64,000 nucleotides of DNA from a virus, in the IMG/VR virus record IMGVR_UViG_3300045283_000349, positions 2,968 to 66,967 of that record. One strand, 5' to 3'. A program made the position numbers and the translations under genes. The notes beneath the pieces were generated by a model. The model had not been told where the DNA came from. It made no database searches and saw only the letters and a list, made by a program, of their open reading frames with translations. Positions 8,687-17,718 of this stretch are shown piece after piece (within the stretch, counting starts at the first letter, position 1; each line of letters opens with the position of its first letter).

Positions 8687-9966
8687 CAGCCCTCGCTGCC
8701 GGGCTCGGGCGGGTCAGCTGGCGTGCCTTGCCCGATCATGCTCTCGTGCAGCTTGTCCAGCTCGGGCGGCGTCGCGCCCGCGGGCAGGGGCGGCACCTTC
8801 TCGGTCTTGCCGGCCCAGTCGAACGTGGTGCGGCCTGCCGCGCGCGCCTTCGCGATGGCGGCGGCGCGCGGATCGCCGGCGGCGGCCGCGATGGCTTCGC
8901 GCGCAGCCTTCGACTGGGCCGCGACGTCGTTGAGGCTAGCGGGCTTCGACTTGCCGGCGGCCGCGCCCGCCTCGGCTGCTGTCTGCGGCGGCGTGGCCGC
9001 GCCGGGCGTTGCGGGGTCAGCGGCCGGCGGCGTCCCAGTGAAGGCGGCAGCGTTGGCCCGCCCACGCTGCTCGAGCTTGTGGGCGATCGCCTCGTCCCAG
9101 GTGGCCTCGCCGTCCTGGATCGTCGTGAACAGGCTGCGCAGCTCCTGCATCTCGCCCACGTTGACCGTCGCGACCGGGTGGCCCAGGTACTCCACCAACT
9201 GGGCCTCGTTGACCTTCAGCTCGGACAGGTATGCCGCACGCATCCGCTTGACGCTGTCCGGGTCTGACGCCAGCGCCTTTTCGCGCGTGGCATAGCAGGC
9301 CTCCATCGCCTCCTGCAGGATGTCGCCAGGCACCACCCGCAGCAGCAGCGTGCGCAGGGCCTTGCTGACCAGGCTATTGTTCTTGTTCAAGGTCTCGTCG
9401 TCGGTCGCGGCGACCTCGAAGACCTGATAGCCCTTGCTGTTGTAGCGACTGCTGATCGCGGTCTGCCCCTTGCCCACCTTGCTGCGCTCGACGGTCTTGG
9501 TCACCACGACGCTCATGGGATAGGTCAGGTTGGCCTCAAGATCGGTCACGCTGACCTGGAGGATCCGCCGCTCCCGGTCCTCGTAGATCGTCATCACGTT
9601 CGTGTCGATGTTGCCCATGGCCCGGGCCGCCTCCTCGGCCAGCCGGATCGACGGCCCCTCGATGCCCTCGCCGACGGGCTTGCGGTAGATCGCCACGTCC
9701 GCGAACTTGGGCCGCGCGCAGGCCTTGAGCAGGTTGGTGCGCGTGCGGTCGATGTCCCGCGGATATTGCCGGGCCATGACGAAGCGGGCCTCGATGCCGG
9801 CGCGGGCCGCCGCCGCGATCGATGCGGTCGCGGTCTCCCCGCTGATCTGCATCTCGGCCCCCATGGCCCCCGTGCGCTGGGTGCCGACAGCCATCGAGCT
9901 GCCGTTGTTGCGGGGGACGTTGACCAGGGTGCCGGTGGCGGGCTGCTCGGGAGGATTCGCGCTCAT
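8686..9966 (-). CDS. putative single-strand annealing / recombination protein (partner of YqaJ exonuclease)
   Basis: Coupled to YqaJ; ARQYPRD...EGPSIRLAE...GNI core, low-complexity tail; function inferred from context. Confidence 0.5.
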   Translation of the reverse strand: MSANPPEQPATGTLVNVPRNNGSSMAVGTQRTGAMGAEMQISGETATASIAAAARAGIEARFVMARQYPRDIDRTRTNLLKACARPKFADVAIYRKPVGEGIEGPSIRLAEEAARAMGNIDTNVMTIYEDRERRILQVSVTDLEANLTYPMSVVVTKTVERSKVGKGQTAISSRYNSKGYQVFEVAATDDETLNKNNSLVSKALRTLLLRVVPGDILQEAMEACYATREKALASDPDSVKRMRAAYLSELKVNEAQLVEYLGHPVATVNVGEMQELRSLFTTIQDGEATWDEAIAHKLEQRGRANAAAFTGTPPAADPATPGAATPPQTAAEAGAAAGKSKPASLNDVAAQSKAAREAIAAAAGDPRAAAIAKARAAGRTTFDWAGKTEKVPPLPAGATPPELDKLHESMIGQGTPADPPEPGSEG

Positions 9967-11045
9967 GCTGCTTTGCCTTTCTTGCTCGGTTTGCGGGCGG
10001 CCTTGCGGGCCACGGTCAGATCGTCACTGGGCACCGGCGCCAGCTCGGGCGGGCCCCCAGGCGGCGGCTCGGGCGCGCGCTCAGCGGGCAGCGGCTCCTT
10101 GGTCTGTCGAAGCATCCGGTAGGAGTAGGGCGGGACCACGTTCGTGTAGCCCGGGTTGTCGATCGTCTTGTAGGACAGGCGGGTGCCGTCAGGCAGGACG
10201 CCGAACGTGTTCGGCCCCAGCCAGGCCTTCACCCGCGCCTCAGCCACGGCCTGCAGGCGCTCGGCCGCCTTGCCCGCCTCCTTGGCTGCGCGCAGTTGGT
10301 CCCAGGCCTCCAGGGCCCCGCCGGGCAGGTTGACCACGCAGCCGTTGTCCTTGGGATGCAGGCGCTTGAGCGCCTCGAGCGTGCGGGGGTGGCCGTCGAC
10401 CTCGGGCTCTTGGCCCGATTGCACCGACTCCCAGAACGTCTCGACCTGGATCTGCAGCTCCTCGATGAACCCGTCCATGCGGGGCACGTCCCAGGTCATC
10501 AGCTTGTTGCCCATGGCCAGCGTCGCGACCGTCGCGTAGTCGCGGCCCGTGACCGCCAGCTCGTGCTGGACCTGGATCTGGACGTGTTGGGGCACGCCCG
10601 CGGACCAGCCGTCGGGGTCGAAGACGTTCGCCGTGTTCTTGATCTGGAGCGTGCCCTCCTCGGCCAGGCCCAATGCCCGGCGGTCCGGCGCCTCGATGAT
10701 GAACCCATCGGGGGTGGCGAACATGCACGGAAGCTGCGGGTGCTGGGCGATGCAGAAGCTCGAGAAGCGCCACAGCTTGCGGCCCGTGCGCAGGGCGTGC
10801 TCGTCGGCAATTGGCCCCTCCAGCAACTGGCCCCAGCGCAGGCGCTCGGCCACGTCGCCCTCGGGCTCCCACTCGGGCACGCGCCCCGACTTTATCAGCC
10901 AGAGCGAAAACCGGCTCTGGTAGGGCGACAGGCCGAAAAGGGCCGCGCTCTCGCTGGCGCCGATGCCGCTGCGCCGGGCCGCCAGCCAGTCGGCGCGGTT
11001 GCCGTAGTCCACCACGTGTTCGACCGGGAGCCGTTCAGTTGCCAT
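9963..11045 (-). CDS. YqaJ / lambda-exonuclease-family protein
   Basis: WLAARRSGIGASE, WG..LE, ATPDG, LQIK, QVQHELAVTG. Confidence 0.92.
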   Translation of the reverse strand: MATERLPVEHVVDYGNRADWLAARRSGIGASESAALFGLSPYQSRFSLWLIKSGRVPEWEPEGDVAERLRWGQLLEGPIADEHALRTGRKLWRFSSFCIAQHPQLPCMFATPDGFIIEAPDRRALGLAEEGTLQIKNTANVFDPDGWSAGVPQHVQIQVQHELAVTGRDYATVATLAMGNKLMTWDVPRMDGFIEELQIQVETFWESVQSGQEPEVDGHPRTLEALKRLHPKDNGCVVNLPGGALEAWDQLRAAKEAGKAAERLQAVAEARVKAWLGPNTFGVLPDGTRLSYKTIDNPGYTNVVPPYSYRMLRQTKEPLPAERAPEPPPGGPPELAPVPSDDLTVARKAARKPSKKGKAA

Positions 11046-11291
11046 CTACGTCGCCTCCGTGCTGCTGCTTGGGTCTTCGGCCTCTGGGGGCTTGATGTGC
11101 GGGTACGCCGCGAACAGGCTCTCGAGCTCGACGAAGTGGAACATGCCGCTGCGGCGCCCGCGCAGGGTGCCGCGCTCGATCCGCTTGTAGAGCGTGGTCA
11201 TGGTGTGTCCGGTCATCCGGGCCGCCTCACAGATCGAGATGAACCCGTCCTGACGCATTAGATCCTGGGTGCGTTGCGACGTCTTTGGCAT
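11046..11291 (-). CDS. excisionase-like HTH DNA-binding protein
   Basis: ISICEAARMTGHTMTTLYKRIERGTL. Confidence 0.7.
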   Translation of the reverse strand: MPKTSQRTQDLMRQDGFISICEAARMTGHTMTTLYKRIERGTLRGRRSGMFHFVELESLFAAYPHIKPPEAEDPSSSTEAT

Positions 11292-11667
11292 GTGGGACCT
11301 GGGGACCTGGGGGACTACTTGTTGACTTGTTGACAGGCAGGACGCCGTCAACTGCCAGGTCACTCTCAACTGGTCGAAGGGGTTCTTCAAGGTATCGACC
11401 ACCCGAAGCCGCCGCGCTCGCCACCAGCGCGCAGGCTGTGTGCGCGAGGCCCTTGCCGGCGAAGGGCAGGCCGTCCTCATGCCGGTCCACGAACCGCCCG
11501 CAACACGCGCACAGGGCCGCGCAGCCCTCGCACAGGGGCACCTCGCCGGCCAGCAGGTCGGCCGCATGGCCGCATCGGCAGAGGGCCCGAACGCGGCCCT
11601 TGCCAGCGCAGGCGTCGCATTTCGCACCAAGGCAAGCGGGGCAGGTGATTTTGACTCCTTTTGCCAT
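11227..11667 (-). CDS. Cys-rich Zn-finger protein (3' end uncertain)
   Basis: GGGAGG SD; CxxCxG repeats and further CxxC; tail runs through a repeat array and into the next gene. Confidence 0.55.
   Translation of the reverse strand: MAKGVKITCPACLGAKCDACAGKGRVRALCRCGHAADLLAGEVPLCEGCAALCACCGRFVDRHEDGLPFAGKGLAHTACALVASAAASGGRYLEEPLRPVESDLAVDGVLPVNKSTSSPPGPQVPHAKDVATHPGSNASGRVHLDL
11294..11337 (+). repeat. 8-bp unit array A
   Basis: GGGACCTG GGGACCTG ... TTGACTTG TTGACAGG. Confidence 0.55.
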
Positions 11668-11769
11668 CGTGGTCCTCCCTATCGGGGTTGCGCATCTATG
11701 AGATGCGCTCGCATGCTAATAGGTGCGTGTTTGATTTTCAAGCCCGAGGTGTGCTATTGCAGCTTAGAG

Positions 11770-11970
11770 ATGGCATTAGCATCCAAGAGCACCCGGCCCA
11801 AGAAATCGCCCGCGGTCCGCCGCTGGACCATCCAGTTCGACAAAGAGCGCGGCGACGAGATCCTGGCCCTGGCCACCAAGCGGGGCACCAAGCCGGCCAT
11901 CTGGATCCGCGAGGCCGCCTTCGAGCGCCTGCAGCGAGACGTTGCAGACCCGGTCCCGCCCCGCCGGTAA
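11770..11970 (+). CDS. ribbon-helix-helix (Arc/CopG-like) regulator
   Basis: RWTIQF strand followed by two helices; TTGATT-N18-TATTGC just upstream. Confidence 0.6.
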   Translation: MALASKSTRPKKSPAVRRWTIQFDKERGDEILALATKRGTKPAIWIREAAFERLQRDVADPVPPRR

Positions 11971-12085
11971 AAGGGGGCATGGTGGTGGGCGGTCCGCTCT
12001 TCAGCACCACCCCCCAGGCGCCTCAGCGCCCACGCCGACGAAACATTCGAAACACCACCTTGCATGTTCCTGCCGGGTGCCGCGC

Positions 12086-12445
12086 ATGACTATCAAGCTG
12101 CGCAGCCGCCTGCTGGGCGCCCACGTGCATGTAGGCGTGTTCCTGGGGACCGACGCCGATCACCTCCAGAACAGCGGCGATCTCGTCATGGACGTGGGCC
12201 AGTGGTGCAAGCTGACCATCCTGCTGGCCTCGGGCCATCTCGAGAGCCGGCGCGGCCCCGATCCTGTCGACTTTCACTTCGAGGACGCCGACCCCCGCCT
12301 GACTCAATTCCTGCTCGACCACTGCGACCGCGCTCGGCAGATGCTGGCCGAACGCGCCGCCCAAGAAGAGGAAGACCAATGCCCAAGCCCAAACCCGTCA
12401 AGACCCGACGACGCTTCACCACCCAAGAAAAGCACGGCCTCGTGA
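12086..12445 (+). CDS. hypothetical protein
   Basis: ATG 12086; coding-like codon use. Confidence 0.6.
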   Translation: MTIKLRSRLLGAHVHVGVFLGTDADHLQNSGDLVMDVGQWCKLTILLASGHLESRRGPDPVDFHFEDADPRLTQFLLDHCDRARQMLAERAAQEEEDQCPSPNPSRPDDASPPKKSTAS

Positions 12446-12777
12446 TCCGACTCCGGACCCGGCCCAGCAACGAGACGATCAAGGCGTTCGCGGCAAAGCA
12501 CGGCGTCACGCCCGGCGTGCTGCACTACTGGAACAACGACCCGCGATTCGCCAGCAATGATCCCGTGGGCGAGGCCCGGTCCGTGCGGAAGAACACCGGC
12601 AAGCGCGGCCCCGGCCGGCCCAAGGGCTCCCAGAACGGCGTCAGCCAGGGCAACGACCGTCTCGTGCAGGCCGAGCAAGAGCTGGAGGTCTTGCGGCTGA
12701 TGGTCGAGTTGGCCTTCGCGCAGGGCTTTCTCAAACTGTCGAACCGGATGCACTTTCTGCAGGGGGGGCCGCGGTGA
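12379..12777 (+). CDS. transposase-type HTH protein with AT-hook
   Basis: RRRFTTQEK...FAAKHGVTPGVLHYW; KRGPGRPKGS; C-terminal coiled coil; no catalytic domain. Confidence 0.6.
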   Translation: MPKPKPVKTRRRFTTQEKHGLVIRLRTRPSNETIKAFAAKHGVTPGVLHYWNNDPRFASNDPVGEARSVRKNTGKRGPGRPKGSQNGVSQGNDRLVQAEQELEVLRLMVELAFAQGFLKLSNRMHFLQGGPR

Positions 12778-13085
12778 TCAAGCTCGACGTGCCCGACGCC
12801 AAGGACGATCCAGAGCGGGGTCCCGGTTACACCGTCCAGGAGGTCTGGGCCTATGTCGCCGTGGATCCTGAGACTGGGTCCGAGGGCGTGATCGCGGTGG
12901 GGGGCACCGTGCTCGGCGAGCGCACCTTGCTACCGTTGGTGTTCACCGACAGGAAGCGCGCCTTCTCGCCCGCGATGCGCGAGCATGCGATCCGCGCCGG
13001 GCGCATGGACCGCAAGGAGGTGCGCTTCCTGCACTTCACCAACCGCGAGAAGGTCGAGACCGTGTACGTTCCGCCGGGGGCATGA
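12774..13085 (+). CDS. hypothetical protein
   Basis: GTGA-coupled 103-aa ORF. Confidence 0.65.
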   Translation: MIKLDVPDAKDDPERGPGYTVQEVWAYVAVDPETGSEGVIAVGGTVLGERTLLPLVFTDRKRAFSPAMREHAIRAGRMDRKEVRFLHFTNREKVETVYVPPGA

Positions 13086-13089
13086 CCAA

Positions 13090-13794
13090 ATGAACGAGAG
13101 GGCGCTTCCCGACTCTGCCGAAGGCGCGGCTTCGCTCCTCGCCATGGCCAAGGAGCGCGCTGAGCGCGACATCGCGAAAGGCGCCGAGATGATGGCCAGC
13201 GCCGTGATCTGCGGCCTCCGCGATTCGAAGACCGGCAAGACCCTGGACAAGGCGGGTCTGACGTTCATGATGATCACCCCAGACTGCTTCGACCCTCGCC
13301 GTGGTGGGCAGCGGTCCGTCGCAGCCATGCTGAGACGGACATGCATGATGGCTGACGCCGTTGGCTTCGTGTTCGCGAGCGAGATCTGGAAGCTCCCTCG
13401 GCGCGACATCATGCCGGTGGATTTCTCCGAAGACCCCGAACGCCAGGAGGCCGTGCGGCTGCAGTTCGAGCACCGGCCGAGCGGACAGTACTTCGTCGAG
13501 GAGGCGCTGGTAATCCGGGACGGCGACAAGGCCAGCCTCGGCCCCTGGGAGCGGGAGGTTCTCGGCGGGCCATCGTTCCTGTTCACTGAGAAGCTGCGGA
13601 CAGCCGAGCAGCACGGCCTCGCCGCACTTGCGGCGTCGGCTGGGCCGTTGCTGCCCGCGGAGCGTTCGGCCCGTCTGATGGCAGCGGCAGCCAATCTGGC
13701 CCGGCTCTTCCCCGACGAGCGCCGCAACCTGATCGCCGAGCTAATGGTGTTCCTGCGCGGGGCTTTGGAAGAGCGAGGGGTTACTTTCGAGTGA
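13090..13794 (+). CDS. hypothetical protein
   Basis: ATG 13090 after upstream stop. Confidence 0.65.
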   Translation: MNERALPDSAEGAASLLAMAKERAERDIAKGAEMMASAVICGLRDSKTGKTLDKAGLTFMMITPDCFDPRRGGQRSVAAMLRRTCMMADAVGFVFASEIWKLPRRDIMPVDFSEDPERQEAVRLQFEHRPSGQYFVEEALVIRDGDKASLGPWEREVLGGPSFLFTEKLRTAEQHGLAALAASAGPLLPAERSARLMAAAANLARLFPDERRNLIAELMVFLRGALEERGVTFE

Positions 13795-13837
13795 GGGAAG
13801 ATGCAGCGCCGAGCGAGCCGAAGAAAAAGAAGGAGAA

Positions 13838-14284
13838 TTGACCATGGGTGACCGCCGTTTCCCCGTCGCCTACAAGGTGGTCGTCAACGAGAAGCTGACC
13901 GCGAACGAGCTGAAGGCCCGCGAGCTTGGCGGCTGCGACGCGGTCATCATCCATTCGATCATCTATCCGGCCGACGGCAGCCGCAGCGAGGTGATCATCG
14001 GCCATGATGGCCGGACCGACACGGACCTCTCCGAGGACGAGCTGTTCAAGTCCTGGGCGATGCTGGGGCATCGACTGGCCCAGTCCACCACGCTCGGCAT
14101 CGGCCGCAAGGCCCTCTGCGAAATGGTCCACGAGGCCCTCCGGCGGGTGGTGGCAGGCAAGTGCAACCATCCCGCCGTGTTCGTGAAGCCCACGGTCGTC
14201 GACGACGACACCGAGGTCATGTGCTGGCTCTGCCAAAAAACCGGTCGGAGCTGTGACGGAGGTTTAGCCTCCGACCTGTTGTAA
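13838..14284 (+). CDS. hypothetical protein
   Basis: AAGGAG SD; 148 aa. Confidence 0.65.
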   Translation: MTMGDRRFPVAYKVVVNEKLTANELKARELGGCDAVIIHSIIYPADGSRSEVIIGHDGRTDTDLSEDELFKSWAMLGHRLAQSTTLGIGRKALCEMVHEALRRVVAGKCNHPAVFVKPTVVDDDTEVMCWLCQKTGRSCDGGLASDLL

Positions 14285-14316
14285 CGCGAATTACCACGTG
14301 TCCGATATAAAACATT

Positions 14317-14565
14317 ATGTCAACTAGCGACCCAGATCTGATCAACGGCCTGGTCAACCGCATGAAGGATGCGGCCACCGGTCCCGATGGACGCATCGAC
14401 GCCAAGGCGGTGGTCGTTGCGTGCAGCAAGCTCGCGATGCTGGTGCTCATCGAGATGTCCAAGCGTGGCCCCGAGGGGCTCCGCGAGGCGACGGCTGGCG
14501 CCAGCATCGCAGCCTTGGGTTTCCGTGGCCTCGCCTTGGACCTGGAGCAAGGGCGCCCGTCGTGA
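14317..14565 (+). CDS. hypothetical protein
   Basis: AT-rich TATAAA just upstream; 82 aa. Confidence 0.6.
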   Translation: MSTSDPDLINGLVNRMKDAATGPDGRIDAKAVVVACSKLAMLVLIEMSKRGPEGLREATAGASIAALGFRGLALDLEQGRPS

Positions 14566-14726
14566 AGACGATCTCCCGGATCGCGATCGACGACGCCTGC
14601 GACCTGTGCGGGCCCACCGCCAAGGGCCGTCTGGGCATCCTGATCAAGGTCCGCGGGCTGTTCTTGGTGATCTGCCAGCGCTGCATCGAACGAGCCGCGG
14701 GGCTCCTGCGAGGTGATGCCACATGA
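14562..14726 (+). CDS. small CxxC...CxxC protein
   Basis: GTGA-coupled; CDLC...CQRC. Confidence 0.55.
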   Translation: MKTISRIAIDDACDLCGPTAKGRLGILIKVRGLFLVICQRCIERAAGLLRGDAT

Positions 14727-14860
14727 GCAACGACTGCCCAGACGAGAAGTCCCGGAGCGGTGAAGACAACCGCCAGGAGGCTGTGCGTGGCGCAAGCATC
14801 GCAGCCCTCGGCTTTGCCGGCCTCGCCGTGGATCTGGAGAAGGGGCCGCCGCCGCAATGA
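14723..14860 (+). CDS. 45-aa peptide, partial paralog of 14317..14565
   Basis: ATGA overlaps at both ends; GASIAALGFAGLAVDLE. Confidence 0.5.
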   Translation: MSNDCPDEKSRSGEDNRQEAVRGASIAALGFAGLAVDLEKGPPPQ

Positions 14861-15556
14861 CAAGGGCTGCAACAGGAGAGCGCCGCTTTTCGGGCAGAGC
14901 TATACCGGCGGCCCTCGCGCTCTGCCCGAATCTTCGAGAGTTCCATCCCGAAAGCGCGACCGTGATCTACTTTCTATTGAAGGGACGCGAGGTCGTCTAC
15001 GTCGGTCAGACTAGAAACCTGCCCAGACGCGATCAAACCGATGCCCTAGATTTTTCCTGTGCGCATCGATTCGTTCGTCCCTCTCGTCTCGATTGACCGG
15101 CGTGTACAGGACGAAGTCGAACGCACCTTCATCGCGTGGCTGAATCCCCGGCTCAACAGGATGTGCAGTCCGGGCGATTACCACGCCCCTCCTCCGTACC
15201 TTGCCATGGGCTGCGGCAGCGCCGCAGAGGCTGCCCAACTGTCGCCGATCGAGGCGTCTCTGAGGGCAACATCGGCTGATCACCGCCTAGGCAAAACCAC
15301 TTGCCGGGGCTGCGGCCGGAGACTTCGCTTTGTATCCGGCGACGACCGCTGCAAGCAATGCTTCGGCAGGGTTGCCGGCGCCGAGGATCACGCAATGTGG
15401 AGGGCAGAGATCCAGCGTCTTCGATCACTCGGATTGCCCCACGTGCACCTGCGCGACCCAGAGAAATGGCGGGAATACCAGAATCAACCTTCGATCACGC
15501 TGGGACCGAGATGGGGCTACTTTGCGAAGGAGAAAAAGCGTGGGAGCCAGCCTTGA
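14857..15556 (+). pseudogene. GIY-YIG nuclease, split across two frames
   Basis: VIYFL...VYVGQTRNL..R in one frame, E..FI..LNP.LN in the +1 frame; break at about 15030-15060. Confidence 0.6.
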
Positions 15557-15580
15557 GTCGCGAGTCTACAGGGTAGGACA

Positions 15581-15943
15581 ATGAAGAACGAAGGTCTGTC
15601 CCATCACTGGACCCTGCAGTCATCCGAGGGCGCGGGCGGCGTGTTCACCATCGTCGACCGCATGAACAGCGTGGTAGGCACCGTCGAGTTCTGGGGCGGA
15701 CCCGAAGGTGAATCCGCACGCACCAACGCTGCGGCAATCGAGGAAGCTCCGGCGATGGTTCGCTTGTTGCGCGATTACTTGGAGACCGGCGCAATGAACG
15801 CAGAGCACGTCAGGCGAATCATCGCCCACGTCGATGCCCAAGAGGCGCCGCACATCGACACGCTCGAGGAGATACATCAGCGGGTTGACGAAGAGTTTGC
15901 GGCGGCGCGCTGGGCCTCTGGTGAAGGCAAGGACGATGTCTGA
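15581..15943 (+). CDS. hypothetical protein
   Basis: 120-aa ORF with SD. Confidence 0.6.
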   Translation: MKNEGLSHHWTLQSSEGAGGVFTIVDRMNSVVGTVEFWGGPEGESARTNAAAIEEAPAMVRLLRDYLETGAMNAEHVRRIIAHVDAQEAPHIDTLEEIHQRVDEEFAAARWASGEGKDDV

Positions 15944-16202
15944 CCACGAATGCCCTGACGAGATGGCGATCGCCGCCGAGGCCGGGCTCGAGCTGTTCCG
16001 GGTGCGTGCCCAAATCGGCCGGGCCGTACACCAGGAAGACCCGCACGTCATCATCGCCGCCATCGGCCTGCTGATGTGCGACCTGCTCGAGCAGGTCAGC
16101 AAAGCGGACATGGACGAGGACCTGCGGCAGCTTTTCATCGCGCAGGCGCGTGACCTGGGCGAGACCATCGTCGAGTCAACGAAGCGGCGCCGAAACCTTT
16201 AG
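15936..16202 (+). CDS. hypothetical protein
   Basis: AAGGA SD before ATG 15936. Confidence 0.6.
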   Translation: MSDHECPDEMAIAAEAGLELFRVRAQIGRAVHQEDPHVIIAAIGLLMCDLLEQVSKADMDEDLRQLFIAQARDLGETIVESTKRRRNL

Positions 16203-16226
16203 GCCGCGCCCGGGCCGGTGCAGGCT
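16191..16226 (+). promoter_or_regulatory. phage late promoter, copy 2
   Basis: CGAAACC TTTAGG N17 CAGGCT N7 ATG. Confidence 0.75.
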
Positions 16227-16233
16227 CGGGTGC

Positions 16234-16722
16234 ATGGACGAAGAGCTGATCACCCCCCACTTCCCGTGGTCCGGAACGCTCTGCCACGACGGCACGCCGA
16301 TCCCCGACGAGCTGAGGCCGAACGCGGTCCGCCTGGCCGGCCAGCTCGAGATCATCCGAGCCGCCTGGGCGCTGGTGGTGGCGCCCGCGTCGCCGGCGAT
16401 CATCCCGGTCTGCTGGTACAGGACCCCCGCGCACAATGCGGCCCTGCGCGAGGCCAAGCTGGCCCAGGGGCTGGTGCCGGGGACCGCGGTCAACAGCCAG
16501 CACATGACCGGGGGGGCCATCGACGCGCGGCCGGTGCGGCTGGCCGACCTGACCCGCTTCGAGGGCTGCATCGCCGATCTTCTAGCCCAGGGGCAACTGC
16601 CGCTGATCGGCGGCTGGGGCTTCTACTCACATCAATGGATTCACCTGGATGTGCGGCCGAGGCCGACCAGCGGTCACGTCGCGTTCTGGGAGGGCAACGG
16701 CGTCGCGAGCGAGATGGCCTAG
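16234..16722 (+). CDS. peptidase M15A-family Zn peptidase, probable endolysin
   Basis: YRTPAHN...SQH..G.AID...WIHLDVR. Confidence 0.85.
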   Translation: MDEELITPHFPWSGTLCHDGTPIPDELRPNAVRLAGQLEIIRAAWALVVAPASPAIIPVCWYRTPAHNAALREAKLAQGLVPGTAVNSQHMTGGAIDARPVRLADLTRFEGCIADLLAQGQLPLIGGWGFYSHQWIHLDVRPRPTSGHVAFWEGNGVASEMA

Positions 16723-17186
16723 CTTCCGTTGAAGCGGCCGACCTTGGCCCGCCAGGAGGCTAGGCAGATCCCGTCCGCCTCGTCCTCGAGCGCGACGATC
16801 CCGAACGTGCTCTTGACCCAGATCGCCGCGGCCCTCTTGCGGGCCTCGCGCGGCGACCGGTTGGTGATCAGGCCGGCCAGCAGCTGCATCTGCCACTGCG
16901 ACGCCGTGAAGGTCTCGAAGGCCAGCGCGGCACGATCGCATTCCTGCATCCAGCGTCCGACGACCGTCCCCAGCTTGAGCGCCGTGTCGGGGTTGACCGA
17001 GACGTAGGGGAACTCGATCGCGGCCTTGGCCGCGCCGAGCTTGATTGCGGCCCCCACCACCGCCGTCAGGCTCCGGTAGTTGCCCACCTTGGCGATGCCG
17101 AAGTCCAGCAGGCGCGGCCGGCCCGCCGTGGTGTCGACGATGCCCCAGCCGCTCTTGGCGGCCGCGTCGATCCCGAGGACGATCAC
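16719..17186 (-). CDS. ruvC: RuvC-like Holliday junction resolvase
   Basis: VLGID, AIE, K, EDEADG catalytic pattern. Confidence 0.8.
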   Translation of the reverse strand: MIVLGIDAAAKSGWGIVDTTAGRPRLLDFGIAKVGNYRSLTAVVGAAIKLGAAKAAIEFPYVSVNPDTALKLGTVVGRWMQECDRAALAFETFTASQWQMQLLAGLITNRSPREARKRAAAIWVKSTFGIVALEDEADGICLASWRAKVGRFNGS

Positions 17187-17452
17187 CGCCGGCGGCGCCC
17201 CGGCAGCGGCGGCTCGATACGGCGGGCCGTGTCGTGCAGCTTGCCAGCCCGCTCGATCAGGTGGTCGGCGGCCTTGCGCAGCTGCTGCGCCACGAACGAT
17301 GCGGCGGGGCTGCCCTCCGTCCTGGCCTTCACCACCGAGGCCCGCAAGTTCTTCTCGTCCTCTCGGAGCTGGCGCCAGAGGGCCAGCAGCACGTCGGCGG
17401 CCGCCTCGAGCTCAACCGAGACGTTCGGTTCGGTCACTTCATCTTTTTCCAC
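17183..17452 (-). CDS. hypothetical protein
   Basis: helical 89-aa ORF. Confidence 0.55.
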   Translation of the reverse strand: MEKDEVTEPNVSVELEAAADVLLALWRQLREDEKNLRASVVKARTEGSPAASFVAQQLRKAADHLIERAGKLHDTARRIEPPLPGRRRR

Positions 17453-17696
17453 TGGGCCCCTCTTTCGACGGCTTGTTCTCCACCGGGTCCCTCGCCTCGA
17501 TCTCGGCCATCAGCACGTTGATGACCATGCGCATGTTGTTGAAGTCGTGCCGGAGCTGCTTCACCTCCAGCGTCATCGATTCGATCTGAGCCTTGGTCCC
17601 GCTCTCGAGAGCCGAGGCCCTTCGCTCCAGCACCTCCAGCAGCTCATTGGCCTCGATAACCCTGCGTCTGAGGTCCTCCGGCATCGGCAGCGTCAT
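17439..17696 (-). CDS. coiled-coil hypothetical protein
   Basis: 85-aa ORF with heptad pattern. Confidence 0.6.
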   Translation of the reverse strand: MTLPMPEDLRRRVIEANELLEVLERRASALESGTKAQIESMTLEVKQLRHDFNNMRMVINVLMAEIEARDPVENKPSKEGPSGKR

Positions 17697-17718
17697 TCGC
17701 TACCTGCGGCCCGCTGGC

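Noticed and set aside
12379-12777. IS element
   Set aside because: No DDE transposase ORF, terminal inverted repeats or target duplication seen
14496-14839. DGR template/variable repeat pair
   Set aside because: No reverse transcriptase; differences are not adenine-specific
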